Assembly: GCA_951406725.2 (NCBI GenBank)
Contig: OX597825.1
Location: 78,988,001-79,052,000, forward strand
DNA length: 64,000 nucleotides
Source of the DNA: Octopus vulgaris
Taxonomy: Eukaryota
Reading direction: 5' to 3'
The translations under genes were made by a program, and so were the position numbers. How positions within the stretch are numbered: position 1 is the stretch's first letter; each line of letters opens with the position of its first letter. Of this stretch, positions 39,831-52,163 are shown piece after piece. The notes under the pieces are model-generated. The model had not been told where the DNA came from. It saw only the letters and a program-made list of their open reading frames with translations, and did not search any database.

Positions 39831-40690
39831 AGACCAACTCAACCAAACTAAAAATATTATTAATTTCTAGTATGGTATCAAGTACTCTTTCTCCTGACAA
39901 TCAACACTAAACATGTGTGTGTAAGTGCATACTGCAAATTATTCTTAAAAAAAACAACAATTTGTACAAAAAAAAAATTTAATTAAAAAAAATTAAAGAA
40001 TGGCATTTAAAGAATAAGGAACTTGATTGAACAAAAGGCAAATTATTTAGTAAATATTTCATGATTCTGTAATTCTATCTGTTGGAATAAATTCTTTATT
40101 ACCATTTCATCCATTCAACTCATCACACACATTCACACTTTCAATACTTCACAGTAGGCTGGTCATCATATCACTTTTACAAACAAGAATTCAATCGCAG
40201 TAAGAAGTGTCATCATATTTATATTGTCTTATGAAGAGAGAGTAAACGTTATTGGCTTACAAGCATTGTTTTACTGGCTTGGATTCTAAAAAAATTAGAT
40301 ATAAGTCAAAAAGGGAGAAAAATGAATGCTTAAATGAGAAATATTCCGAGTAGTTCAGCAACAATCTATTATTGAAGTTATCCTTATACTATAATGCAAG
40401 GTTTAATTATTTATGTTAAACAATATGCGAGAGAATTTAGCCCAATGTCAAGGCTAACTTCAGAGTTTTCATGCTAAGTGTCAAGTCTTTCATATGCCAA
40501 TGCTTGTATTAACCACTACGGTCAGAGAATAAGAATTGTTAGTAGTTTTATTGCATTCATTAAATGTTTTCATGCAAAACATGCCCTGGAGCAGTAAGAA
40601 AGCAGTTCATACCAACACTGCCATCATTGCAGCCACCAAGATGCTAGGGAAAGGGGAAGGACTTAGACTGAGAGGCAATCACAAACTCAC

Positions 40691-40726
40691 CGGGGAAGTG
40701 ACACGCCATTAAGATGTGGGTATAAC
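40691..40726 (-). CDS. CRTC1: Candidate 36-nt in-frame CRTC cassette exon (LYPHLNGVSLPR)
   Basis: Branch-like cactaac, acceptor tattgcag|, donor CCG|gtgagt. Phase 2/2 and open; joins to give ...LPR-TNSDSALH. Confidence 0.7.
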
Positions 40727-41639
40727 CTGCAATATGTATAGGCTGTTAGTGTGATCAGGTTCAAAAAGCAAAACAAAGAACTCTTTATAATTTTAATTAA
40801 CAGTGGCCATTGGGTTTTGTTTTGTTTTTTTCTTCTTTTTTTTGGGGTTTTTTTTTTTTTTTTCTTTAAGAGGGATGATAGTAAATAAGGTGAGGAGTGA
40901 AGTAAAGCTGAATTTTATTCCTTGCTACTGGGTCAGCAGACTGAACTTCCATGAAATGGCAGTTCATCAAGTTTGAGATTTTATTAGGTTGAAAGCAATG
41001 TGCTCTCTGGCAAAAGACAGCCCTTTATGATGTTTAAATCTCATGTGATGAGAATTTTAGGCAAATCTCACTTCAAGCCTTTTCAACCATCATGCACAGA
41101 TATTTAAAAAACAAAACAAAACAAAAACAAAAAAAAACATTGAAACTGAAAACAAAAACAGGATAAGTAACTGAAGGTTTTAATAAAATGAAATATTAAC
41201 AAATAAAAATAACAGAACATAAAACAAATAAAGAATATATTTTAACACACATCTAAAAATAATTGTGTCAGTTCATTAAGGTTTAGTGAGTACACACGCA
41301 CACACACAACATACCTTTATAAAACTTTTTTTTTTTTAAATTATCAAAATAGCCAAATAATTAATGATTTCTGAATAAACAAACATCTATTTTTATAATT
41401 TGAAAATATTCAGCAGGTTACCCATTTCCCCAGGATGAAAGGGCATGTTATTTTTTTTTCTTTCTAGTTTTCTTACATTAATATTATAACTTACTATTTT
41501 AATCATAATTAGTAAAGGAGATTCTATTGCCCCAAACCAAATTTCACCACCCCCACCACCACCTTGAGTTTTTTTTTTTATTTAAATCAGAAAGATGACA
41601 CAAAACCTTAATATGATCAGACCAAAGACAATACCTTAA

Positions 41640-41853
41640 CCCTTTAGCATTCACATTACTGTCAAAGGTAATACTTGTCTATTTACACTGTTTTGAATTA
41701 ATCATGCATTATCTTTAGAGCTTTGAAATTTCTATGAAGTGATTGTTTATTTTAGAATGACATTATAGGGTAGGTGTTTGGGGGTAGATCTGGCTAGCTG
41801 GAACATAAAACAGGATATTTAGGCTAAATATAGCCAGCTTAAATGCTAAAAGG
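41640..41853. mobile_element. piggyBac-type MITE, second family
   Basis: TTAA-CCCTTTAGCATT ... AATGCTAAAAGG-TTAA. Confidence 0.75.
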
Positions 41854-42260
41854 TTAATACAATCTTAGTGCTAACATGCTATCTTAAAGACAATGCTTCC
41901 GCAGTGACAGGTGCTTTTATGTGGTGATTTTATTTTATTATATATTTACTGTAGTTATTGAACCATGTTGTGGCACCACCAAGAAGTGTTTAGTAAATCA
42001 TATTGATCCAAATATTTATATCAGTCTGTGACTAATTTTACTGATATATTTAACAAATCACTAAGTTTTGATTTATACAATTGTGCTGTGGCTGAGAGTA
42101 TATGTGTTTGTATATCTCTATGTGTATATGTCTAAATGTCTAAGTTTATGAAACTGTCTGTGCGTATGCCCATGTATGGTGTGTGTCTGCATGCATGTGT
42201 ATATATCAGTCTATGTGTAACTGTGTATTTTCATTTATCCGTCTTTAAATATGTACATTG

Positions 42261-42293
<33 letters not shown>

Positions 42294-42524
42294 ACTTTCA
42301 TTATCTATTATTACACTAAGTTGTTACTTAGTTGACTTTCATTGCCAATTTCACAAAATTTTGGGGGGTACCAATGTGTGTGCCTATGTAAAGCCTGTAT
42401 ATATTTATATACATATATGTTAACGACACAAACACATATTCTCTGTTATAACAAAATTAGATATGTGTACTCTTTATGATTTGAATTGTTGGTTTGTTGC
42501 CAGAAGCACGCAGACAGCACTCAC

Positions 42525-42614
42525 AGACAAATTCATATAATACTAGTGAGATGTTCGGACTGAATGAATATATGATGGACATGGGTAATGCCCAAAATCC
42601 TAAATTTGTCCAGT
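42525..42614 (-). other. Candidate 90-nt exon; has a stop in the CRTC (phase 2) frame
   Basis: Long U tract + ttttgtag| acceptor, |gtgagt donor. Phase 2 reads LDKFRILGITHVHHIFIQSEHLTSII*; the phase 1 frame is open. Confidence 0.45.
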
Positions 42615-45600
42615 CTACAAAAGAAAATACAAAAAAAAAATTATATTGGAGTGATGTTCTAGCTGCCAGTAATAGTAACATCTATTACTATTGACCATTA
42701 TTTGTCTTTCCTTGCACCAGTTTGGACTACCAAAGTATTGTTTATTAGATATTTTTCACTATTCAATAAAAGAAAAATCAAGTTACTAACTTTAGCACAA
42801 ATATTTTCCATAGTTAACTGTAAAAGAAATCTTGTCAGAAACAGTAGCCAAAGAGATAATGAATATTAATTTCTAAAATTATTCAAGAATTATAGGAAGT
42901 CAATTTATCAATAAATGTTCAAAAATTATTATGTATCAATTTAGTATAAAAAAAAAAATAATAAGAGGGAAAAAACTCCCCAAAGCAAAACATGATTTCC
43001 ATCATTTTTTGACATTGCCAAATTGTCACTGATGGATGCAAAAGTGTGTGTGTGTGTGTGTGTGTGAGTGTGATAAATCATAAGTGACATTTGATTTAAA
43101 TATTTCTTGTTTAAATACATTTTTGTTTCACGTATTAAAGGAAAAGGACCTAGGTATATTCAAGTAGCTAAGAAATTTAATTTACAATCATGGGGTCTGG
43201 GATTGATTCCACTGCTCCATAGATCAGGCCTTGGGATGAAATTGGGTAGATGGAAACTGCATGCAAAACCTTTGGATAAGTTCTACTTGTAGCTCAGCAT
43301 CAACCTTATCATATTGTGTTGTGCTGATTCAATTTGAGAATTACATGTTAATTCAATCAGTAGGTAGTTCAATTGATCAACCAACTGAATGCTCATTGTT
43401 GGATGGTCCATCATTATGTTAACACATGTTGAATTAACTGCAAGAACTAATCTACATAGATTGGTTTGCAGTTACAACTAAAATTCTTAAATCGTTAAAT
43501 GCCAATCAAAATATAATTACCAAGGTGAGATTTCAAAATAAAAGAAAAGTAATGAGTTGTTGAAATAAGGAAGAAATGATTATAAAACTTGGAGATCAGT
43601 TGAAGAAGAAAGATGTAAACAAATTTGATTTATTTACACATTAAATGTAATGAATAGTTTGAACAGAGAGCTGATATTTGAACACAAAACTTAACTCATT
43701 AATTAAGAATTCTTGAATGAATGAAATAAATAGAAAAATATATAATATGACTAAATGCTTAAGAATTGAAGATATCTCACATATTCTATCAAAAGTACAC
43801 ATCTTCATAAAATTAGATTGTTATCTCAGCAGTTTTTTTATTGTTTTTTTATGTATGATTAAAAAGATATAAAAACCAAGTATTTTCTATTGCTGCTAAC
43901 AACAAGAGATTTGTCAGTGGCATATTTATAAGTTTCAGGTGTTTTTGTTTTCTTTTTCTTTAGACAAAATATGGTCAAGATCAAGTTTTTAGGTCATCTA
44001 ACAAACGTGAAAATATGGCGAGTGAGATTTTTCTCAAGTAAGCTCTTCAAAATGTGTGCAAGTAATCCTAGCAGTATGAGGATTGAATTGTTATGGTAGA
44101 ACACAATCTCTTTGTAGTTAAAACTAAGAAAGATTTGTCTTTAGAGTTTTCTTTCTTTTCTTTGTACAGTGTTCATATGATCTAGTTGTTGAAATCAGAT
44201 CTTAATAGTTATTTATTTGTATGACTGAGTTATAATCTCTTAAAATGTGTTTTGGCAATTTTATTCTGCCAAACACAACACGAAGGTTTGAGGCAAAGCA
44301 GTGTTGTAGCTGGTTCGTTCTCCTGCATATCTCGCTTATCAATGAATAACTATCTCTTATACTACCAAATGAGACAGCCAAATGTCATTACAAGATGAAC
44401 GTAGTTCACAAACAGGGTACAGAGGTTACCACTTAGGTTGTGGAATTGATAATTTTGAATATGTCAACATATTTTTCATTATGATGAGAAAGATTAAAAA
44501 CTCTGCTAAAAACACCTACAACAAACCATACTCATTTCAAAAGTATTTATTTCCCAGACTGCACATCATGAATCTAACTGGACTATTTTGAGACCGTACT
44601 ACCTGCCCACAAGTCAAGTCACCCAGACTAACACATTCACTTTTTCAAGAACACTGCAAAACCTGAGTCCAGTTAACTAAAGATAAAAATGTAAGATTAC
44701 TTGGTGGTGATCCAGATGGTTATACTTAACCATTTCTATTGTGTGCTAGTACCATCATGTAGCCTTTCTGCTGTGGTTTAGTCTCAAAGTAAGATAAACC
44801 TTTGCTCAATAGTGTTCCAAACATAGCCCTCTTGTCTAACTAGTAGACATGTTATTAACCACAGAAAGATAAAAGATGAATTTGGCTCTGGTAGTATTTG
44901 AACTCAGAATGCAAAAGGACATAAATACATAGCATTCAATTCCTTGTTCTACAAATTCTCTCAATTGCAAATAACGGATGATCAAAATAGAAGATAAGCT
45001 GATAGAGGCAATAATATCAAGAACAAGAAAAAATATATTCAGAAAACTAAAAATTTGTATTGGTAACAAACATCTAAGAGATGAGAAAATTCTGGATGTG
45101 TGGAGAGAGAGAGGAGATTCTAGGATATAAATATGGTACATGATCAGGAAATCTAAGTAGTGAAAGAAATGGATTTGTAAAAGCAGGAAATTAATGAATT
45201 TTATATGAAGATCAACAGATGGAAATTAATAGAAACCAGTGATCTAGTCTCAAAAAAGTTTTTAAAAATATAATAGAAAAGAATGAAAAAAATGAAATAA
45301 GATTTTAAAAATTTACCTAAAGAACTTCACATAGATAGCCATAAACAATATGAATATAGTTAATCAATACCAGCTTTAGAAATGGATTTCATATCATTTA
45401 ATGCTAATGAATATGGTTATGATGATGAAGTAGCCATAAAACATATTAATCAGTGATGTCTAGTTATTTTCAAGACTGAAGTGAATCTGAATTATCAAGA
45501 AAATGTTCATTATCTTACTGTAAGTATTTAAATAAAAATATATTTTGCCCAGTTTTGTATACTCAATATGATTCAAAAACCAAACAAGAGTAACATTTTT

Positions 45601-45726
45601 ATTTATCATTTTTTAAAGCTTATTTTGTCAATAATTAAGGATATAAAAGAAAATCCTACAGAATACATAAAAATTAACAATTCCTTACTTGGGTCAAAAA
45701 AAAAAAGTAGCCTATGAAATCCTTAT

Positions 45727-45762
<36 letters not shown>

Positions 45763-45789
45763 GCATATGTCTACATAAAGTAACTCATG

Positions 45790-46180
45790 GATGGATTGTT
45801 CCAGAGTTTTGGTGTGAGCTTGCAGGCACCTCTGGTCACTGAGATAGGCATACACCAAAGAAGAGGTACAAAGACTCCCTAAACAAATCCCTTGGTTCCT
45901 ACCACACTGATCACCAGTGATCTGGTGTTGCTGCTGACTGAGAATCCTCTCAATGTCCATTGAGCAACAGCTTCATTTGAAGACACCCACAGGACCATCC
46001 TTGCAGGAAAGAGAGGGGGGGACAGAAAAACATGGACACTACAACCAGTCTTGATCAGCCTCCCTTCCCATGTGGTCTCCACAATCATGCCTGAATGTCC
46101 CAAACCAAACTCATCAGGCATCAACAGGCCTGCAGCAGACATGAATGTCCCCTATGAATCTTCATTCAAGAAGCTGATGA
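45790..46180 (-). mobile_element. Decayed RTE-like LINE 3' fragment
   Basis: GC-richer block with a WFG-like motif in broken frames. Confidence 0.35.
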
Positions 46181-46252
46181 CTGGATGGATGGGTATGTGT
46201 GTGTGTAAAATCCTGCTTCGAATAATAAAAATAATAGCAATAATAGTAATAA

Positions 46253-47203
46253 TTCTTTCCACTATAAGCACAAGGCCTAAAATGTGTGTGTGGATGTGGG
46301 AGGGAACTAGTTAATTACATCAAACCCAGCGCTCAACTGGTACTTATTTTATTAATCTTGAAAGGATGAAAAGCAAAGCTGACCACTACAGAATTTGAAC
46401 TCAGAATATAAAGCCAGAAAATAAGCTGCTAAACCGTTTGATGTGCTAACAATTCTGCCAGAGTTTGTTGTCTTAATAATAATAATAATAATAATAATAA
46501 TGGTTTCAAATTTTGCACAAGCCCAGCAAGTTCGGAGGAGGAGGTAAGTCAATTTTATCGACCCAGTACTTGACTGGTACATATTTTATTAACCCCCAAC
46601 AGGATGAAAGGCAAAGGCACAAGGTCAACAGTTTTGAGGGAAGGGGCAAGCCAGTTACACTGACCCCAGTACTTGACTGATAGTTCATTTGCTCAACCCT
46701 GGAGGGATGAAGGGCAAAGTTGACCTCAGTGGGATTTGAACTCAAAATGTTGAGTCAGAACAAATACTGCAAAGCAATCTTTCCAATACTCCAACAATTC
46801 TACCATTTTGCCATCTTGTTTTGAAGTAAGGGGGTTAGTTAATTTCATCAACTCTAGAACTACACTGGTACTTATTTTCATCAACCCTGCAGGGATAAAA
46901 AGCAAAGTTGACTTCAGCAGGATTTGAACTCAAGGTAGAAATCTTGAACAAATACTACTAGGGAGTTTGGCCAACATTGGAAGTTGAAAGAAACATTGCA
47001 AAACATCTTGTCTGACTCTCTAATGATTCTACCCTGTCTACCACTCTTAATAATAACAATAATAATCCTTTCTACTGAAGGCACAAGGCCTGAAATTTGG
47101 TGGAGATGGGATCGGTCAATTAAATCAACCCCAGTGTTTCACTGGTACTTAATTTATCGACCCTGAAAAGATGAAAGGCAAAACCGACCTCAGTAGAATT
47201 TGA

Positions 47204-47245
<42 letters not shown>

Positions 47246-47901
47246 GGCATCAAGAGGAACATAAAGGAAATTGGAATAGAGTGCCCAGTAGAATTGTTGC
47301 AAAAAGTTTTCTTCCTTGGCACGGCCAGAATAATCAGGAAAGTATTAGATAGTTGAAAAGAACAGATAGCATGGTAACGTAGGCTGCAGGCAGCAAGCCC
47401 ACTACATATGCAAAACTCTACAAGTTCCAACAAAACCCAAGATAAAAAGGAAAGTAATAATAAAAACAATCCTTTCTACTATAAGCAGAAGGTTTGAAAT
47501 TTGGTACTTATTTTATTAACCCCCAAAAGGATGAAAGGCAATGTCGACCTTGCTGGATTTGAACTCAATATGATGGACTCTCCTGTTGAAAAAAACAACA
47601 TATGAGTGTTATCTTTACCTAACAACCTGCACAAATGATTTTGTTTATAGTGACCAAATGTATGTAGCTGTACATTAGCTCACTCCCTCCATGAACTTGG
47701 TGTTACCTGAACAGGTGCACAGATGAACAGGTGCACACTTTGCATCAGATGTCAAAGTGATTGCAGAGCAACCTGAAATTAAGTATTTTGCACAAGAACA
47801 CAACACACCACTCAGTCTAGGAACTGAAACCACAACCTCAGAATCGTAAGTGCAACACATTAACCACTTGGCTATGCTCCCTCAATATAATAATGATGAT
47901 G

Positions 47902-47939
<38 letters not shown>

Positions 47940-48140
47940 TTCAAATTTTGGCACAAGGCCTGCACTTTTTTAGTGGAAGAGGGAAATCAATTGCATCAAC
48001 CCCGGTACTCAAATGGAATGTTTTACTGACCCGAAAGGACGAAAGACAAAGCCAACCTTGGTGGCATTTGAACTCAGAACAAAGAACCCAAAGAAATACT
48101 GCAAGGCATTTTGTCTGATTCTCTAATGAACCACCCTTCT
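46253..48140 (-). mobile_element. SINE cluster: same family plus a CORE-like SINE at 47575-47880 and long (AAT)n
   Basis: Repeated units with the shared ggatgaaaggcaaag core. Confidence 0.8.
47246..47462 (+). mobile_element. R4/Dong-type retrotransposon 3' end within (AAT)n
   Basis: GIKRNIKEIGIECPVELLQKVFFLGTARIIRKVLDS* (stop 47354-47356), flanked by TAA repeats. Confidence 0.8.
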
Positions 48141-48154
48141 TAATGATGATGATG

Positions 48155-48237
<83 letters not shown>
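48141..48237. repeat. (ATG)n/(AAT)n microsatellite
   Basis: Directly visible. Similar (AAT)n at 15442-15525, 47206-47245 and 47888-47939. Confidence 0.95.
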
Positions 48238-48239
<2 letters not shown>

Positions 48240-49238
48240 AGTTTGGCAAGAAAAGTGAAGAAAATTAATGAAATATAAGAAGAAACAAATCAATAACAAG
48301 TGACAACATTCAATATGAGTCGAAAGATACAACAACCACCACAGCAACAACAACAAAAAGAAATAGAAAAACAAAGAGAGATTAATATAAAATTAGAGTT
48401 AAATTCAAGACAAAAGAGATTTGCAGTTATTTCTGAATTGTTCTTAATTCACCGGGTTTTCTAAATAAAGATGATTAAGACTCATTGACAAAAATAATAA
48501 TAATAAAAGAAGCTAAAAACAATGCAAACAAAAAGAAAGAAAAAGTGGTGTCTGCAAACACATGAATAGAAACCAGTAGATTTGTTGGTTTGTTGGATGG
48601 TTTTGTTTTTTTTTTTTCTAATCTTTTTTTTTATATTTCTGCTGTTCTTTTTTGTCTTATTTTTAAGTAGCGTGTTCAGAATTCAGCAGCAGTTGCACAG
48701 TTATCAGCGTACTCCTTCCTCAAACACTAGTACAATAGTGAGGTGTTGTAGCTAAATCAAGTATTTAGCAAGCCAGACAAAACAGTACCCAACTTGTGAT
48801 ACAAATAGTAGGCTTCTTCTTCATTGGGAAAGAAACTCCACATTATTTGAAGCATGAAAAGAAATTTAATTTGGGTGCTGTGAGTACGAAGTTAGGAAGA
48901 TAAATAAATACAGAAATAAATTGCTCTTACTGACTGAATACAAATCAGGTTTTATTGAGTGAACTTATAATAATAAGTATGAAAAAAATGTGTAAAATAC
49001 TTTAACAGAAATAACCCACAACACGCTACAAAAGTGGAGTTGGGTTGTTACCAGAAAACAATAATTTTTTTAAGACTAATTTCTGGACCATTTTTTGCAG
49101 AGTGAAATATAATTAATGAAATCATCTCTAATTCACTGCAGAGAAATAATAAATATATACTGACTCCCCTGCAGCATTTTAAATTCAGTGCAATGATATA
49201 CCACCAAGGTTCACAAGCTGACAAGAAAGTTTCTATAT

Positions 49239-49381
49239 CAGTCATGGGTAACCTTTTCCCAGAAGCAGGATACATGAGTTGTGGCTCATCATAAGGTAGG
49301 CCACAACTAAAAAACTGAAGGTAATTTTTCATTATGTGTGCCATTAAGAAAGACTCACAGGCTGTAGGTTGCCAATGGCTG
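49239..49381. mobile_element. Short hAT-type MITE
   Basis: CAGTCATGGGTAACCT ... AGGTTGCCAATGGCTG; degenerate TSD ttctatat/gtctattt. Confidence 0.55.
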
Positions 49382-50892
49382 GTCTATTTAGTTGCTTGAC
49401 ATGTTTAAAAAATGTAGCCATATCTCCTTCCAATCATGTCTTGCCATTTCATACATAAAAGCAAGATACATTGGATAATAGTAATCCTAAATACTCTATG
49501 TCTGAGAAAAAGAATGGGAACATCGTGATTGGAATGTCTTTGGCTCAGTTCCGTCAGGGCAGGATTAGATTCTGAACAACAATAAATAAATCAGCTCTAG
49601 TGGCTGTGTGGTTAAGCTTTCTTTGCAACCATGTGATCTGAAGTTCAATCCCCATTATGTGACATCTTAGGCAAGCATCCTCTACTATAGCCCTAGGCCA
49701 ACCGATCAATGCCTTGTGAGTTTCATGGAAGCTGTATGTGTGTGAGTTTTATTTGTTTCAGACTTTGGATTGCAGCCATGCTGGGGCACCGCCTTGAAGA
49801 ATTTTTAATTCGAATGAATAGACTCCAGTACATATTTTATTTTTTTTTTAAGCCTGGTACTTACTCTGTTGGTCTCTTTTTCTGAACTGCTAAGCTACAG
49901 GGACATAAACACACCAACACCGGTTGTCAAGTGGTGGTGGAGGAGAAACACAGACACAAAGACATGCACGTAAGCACACACGCACACACACAATGGGCTT
50001 CTTTCAGTATATGTCTACCAAATCCACTGACAAGGTTGCCCAAGATGCAATTCAGTGGGACTGAACCCAAAATCATGTGGTTGGAAAGCAAGTTTCTTAC
50101 CACACAGCCGCACTTATGTATCATATATTACATATGTAGGTGTGTATACGTTTGTGTTTGTTCTCCCAACTCACTGCTTCACAACCAGTAAGTGAATGTG
50201 GTAGATGGAAACTGTCTGGAAGTCCATCATATATGACAGGCTTCTTTCAGTTTCCATCGACCAAATCCACACACAAGGTCCAGGGATATAGTGAAAGACA
50301 CTGGTCCAAGACCAAGTGATTGGGAAACAAGCTCCTTAACCACACAGCCACATCTGTGCCTGCAACTTTGAAATAATTCACTTTTAGCATTGAACTGAAA
50401 AATGATTGCTCTAAAAATATACAATTTATCAAATTTACAAAGCCAAACCGTCCATTCTAGCACTAAGAAGAGAAATGCAAAATGTTTGAAAAGGAAAAAG
50501 CATTACACTGACAGTAATGTAGGAAAATGAAAGAATAAATAAAATCTGATTTGAGTATACACCTGAAGAAATAGATTAAAAAAGGGAAGAAAATAAGCAG
50601 CTTCTGAACTGACAACATACAATAACAGTAGAGAACATTCTAGATTGTTGTCATGTGTTCTTTATTTATTTCTTGTTTCTTACCTGTTTCTTTGTTTTTG
50701 TATAACTCACACACACGCACACACACTTACTCTCTCTCTCTCTCTCTCCATTATTATATTTCAAGCTTTATTTGATCTGAGTATCTACCACACTCCTGTT
50801 TACTTAGTGGGGGTCTCCTGGACCTTCAAGTAATATCAAATTTGTTCCTGAATAAGCTGAGAATCAAAATTCTATTTCATGAATAATAATAA

Positions 50893-51560
50893 TTCTTTTT
50901 ACTATAGGCACAAGGTTTGGAATTTTGGGGGAAGGGGCTAGTCAATTCCTCTGCTCAACTGGTACTTATTTCATTGATCCCAAAAGGATGCAAGGCAAAG
51001 TTGACCTTGGCAGAATTTGAATTCAGAACATAAACTGGAAGCAATGCTGCTAAGCATTTTGCCTACTGTGCTAACCATTCTACCAGACACCACCTTATTA
51101 ATAATGGTTTCAAGCATCAACCGCAGTACTCAACTGGTGCTTATTTTATTGACCCCAAGAGGATGAAAGGTGAAGTCAACCTAGGCAGAATGTGAAGACA
51201 GACAAAATGCTACCAAGCATTCTGCCTGGCATGCTAATGATTCTGCCAGCTTGCTGCCATCACCTTCTTAATAATAATAATAGTAATTCTTTCTAGAATA
51301 GGCATTAGGCCTGAGATTTGGCAGGGAAGGGCTAGTTGATTACAGTAATCCAGGTGCTCAACTAGTACTTATTTTGTCAACCTGAAAGGATGAAAGAAAA
51401 AGTCAACCTCAGCAACATTTGAATGCAAAATGTTAAGCTGGAAGAAGTAATGCTAAGCATTTTGCACAGTGTACTAATGATAATAAAAATAGTTTCAAAT
51501 TGGGACACAAGGCCAGCAATTTTGGGAGATTTAGCTAGTTGATTACATCAGCCTCAGTGC
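50893..51560 (-). mobile_element. Tandem copies of the same SINE family
   Basis: About 4 units with AAT spacers. Confidence 0.8.
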
Positions 51561-52160
51561 AGACCTCTGACGTTACATGTACCAAATTTCCATCATTGCA
51601 AATACCTTCAATAAGACATAAACCTGAGAATTCCTTAAAGAGGAATCAGTATCTGCAATGAACATATTTTTACCACACATCATGAAAATGGCTTGAACTC
51701 AGAAGAGAAACCATAATTTCAAAGTTCAATCACCATGGAATTTGTTGCTAGAAAACTCTAATGAGAACAAGTCTAGTTTCTGTAACGGGATATAGATAAT
51801 TTAATCAACTCCAGTATATTTTTGTTCCTTATATTATTGACCCTCTGGAAAATAAAATACAAGCCTTATTCTAATGGGGTTTGAATTCAAAACCCAAGCA
51901 AAAACAAGAAGACAATTAGGGAACCTCAACATGGTCAACATGCTACAAATAGCAATCAAATCTCACTCAAATCATACCCAACTGTCTTAAAGGAAATAAT
52001 GAAAGGCACACACTGAATAATGTAGTCTTAGATATAATATATTTAAAAAGAAAATCAAACATAGGAATATTTTTGGCACACCTTTTATCATACATCTGAT
52101 CAAGATTGACCTGGGGGTTAAATAAACAAAATTCAAAGTGTCTGAAAAACACTCCCCTAC

Positions 52161-52163
52161 CCT
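52161..52163 (-). other. Candidate 3-nt microexon (AGG)
   Basis: gctaac branch point, ~27-nt pure pyrimidine tract, tag|AGG|gtaggg. Confidence 0.4.
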
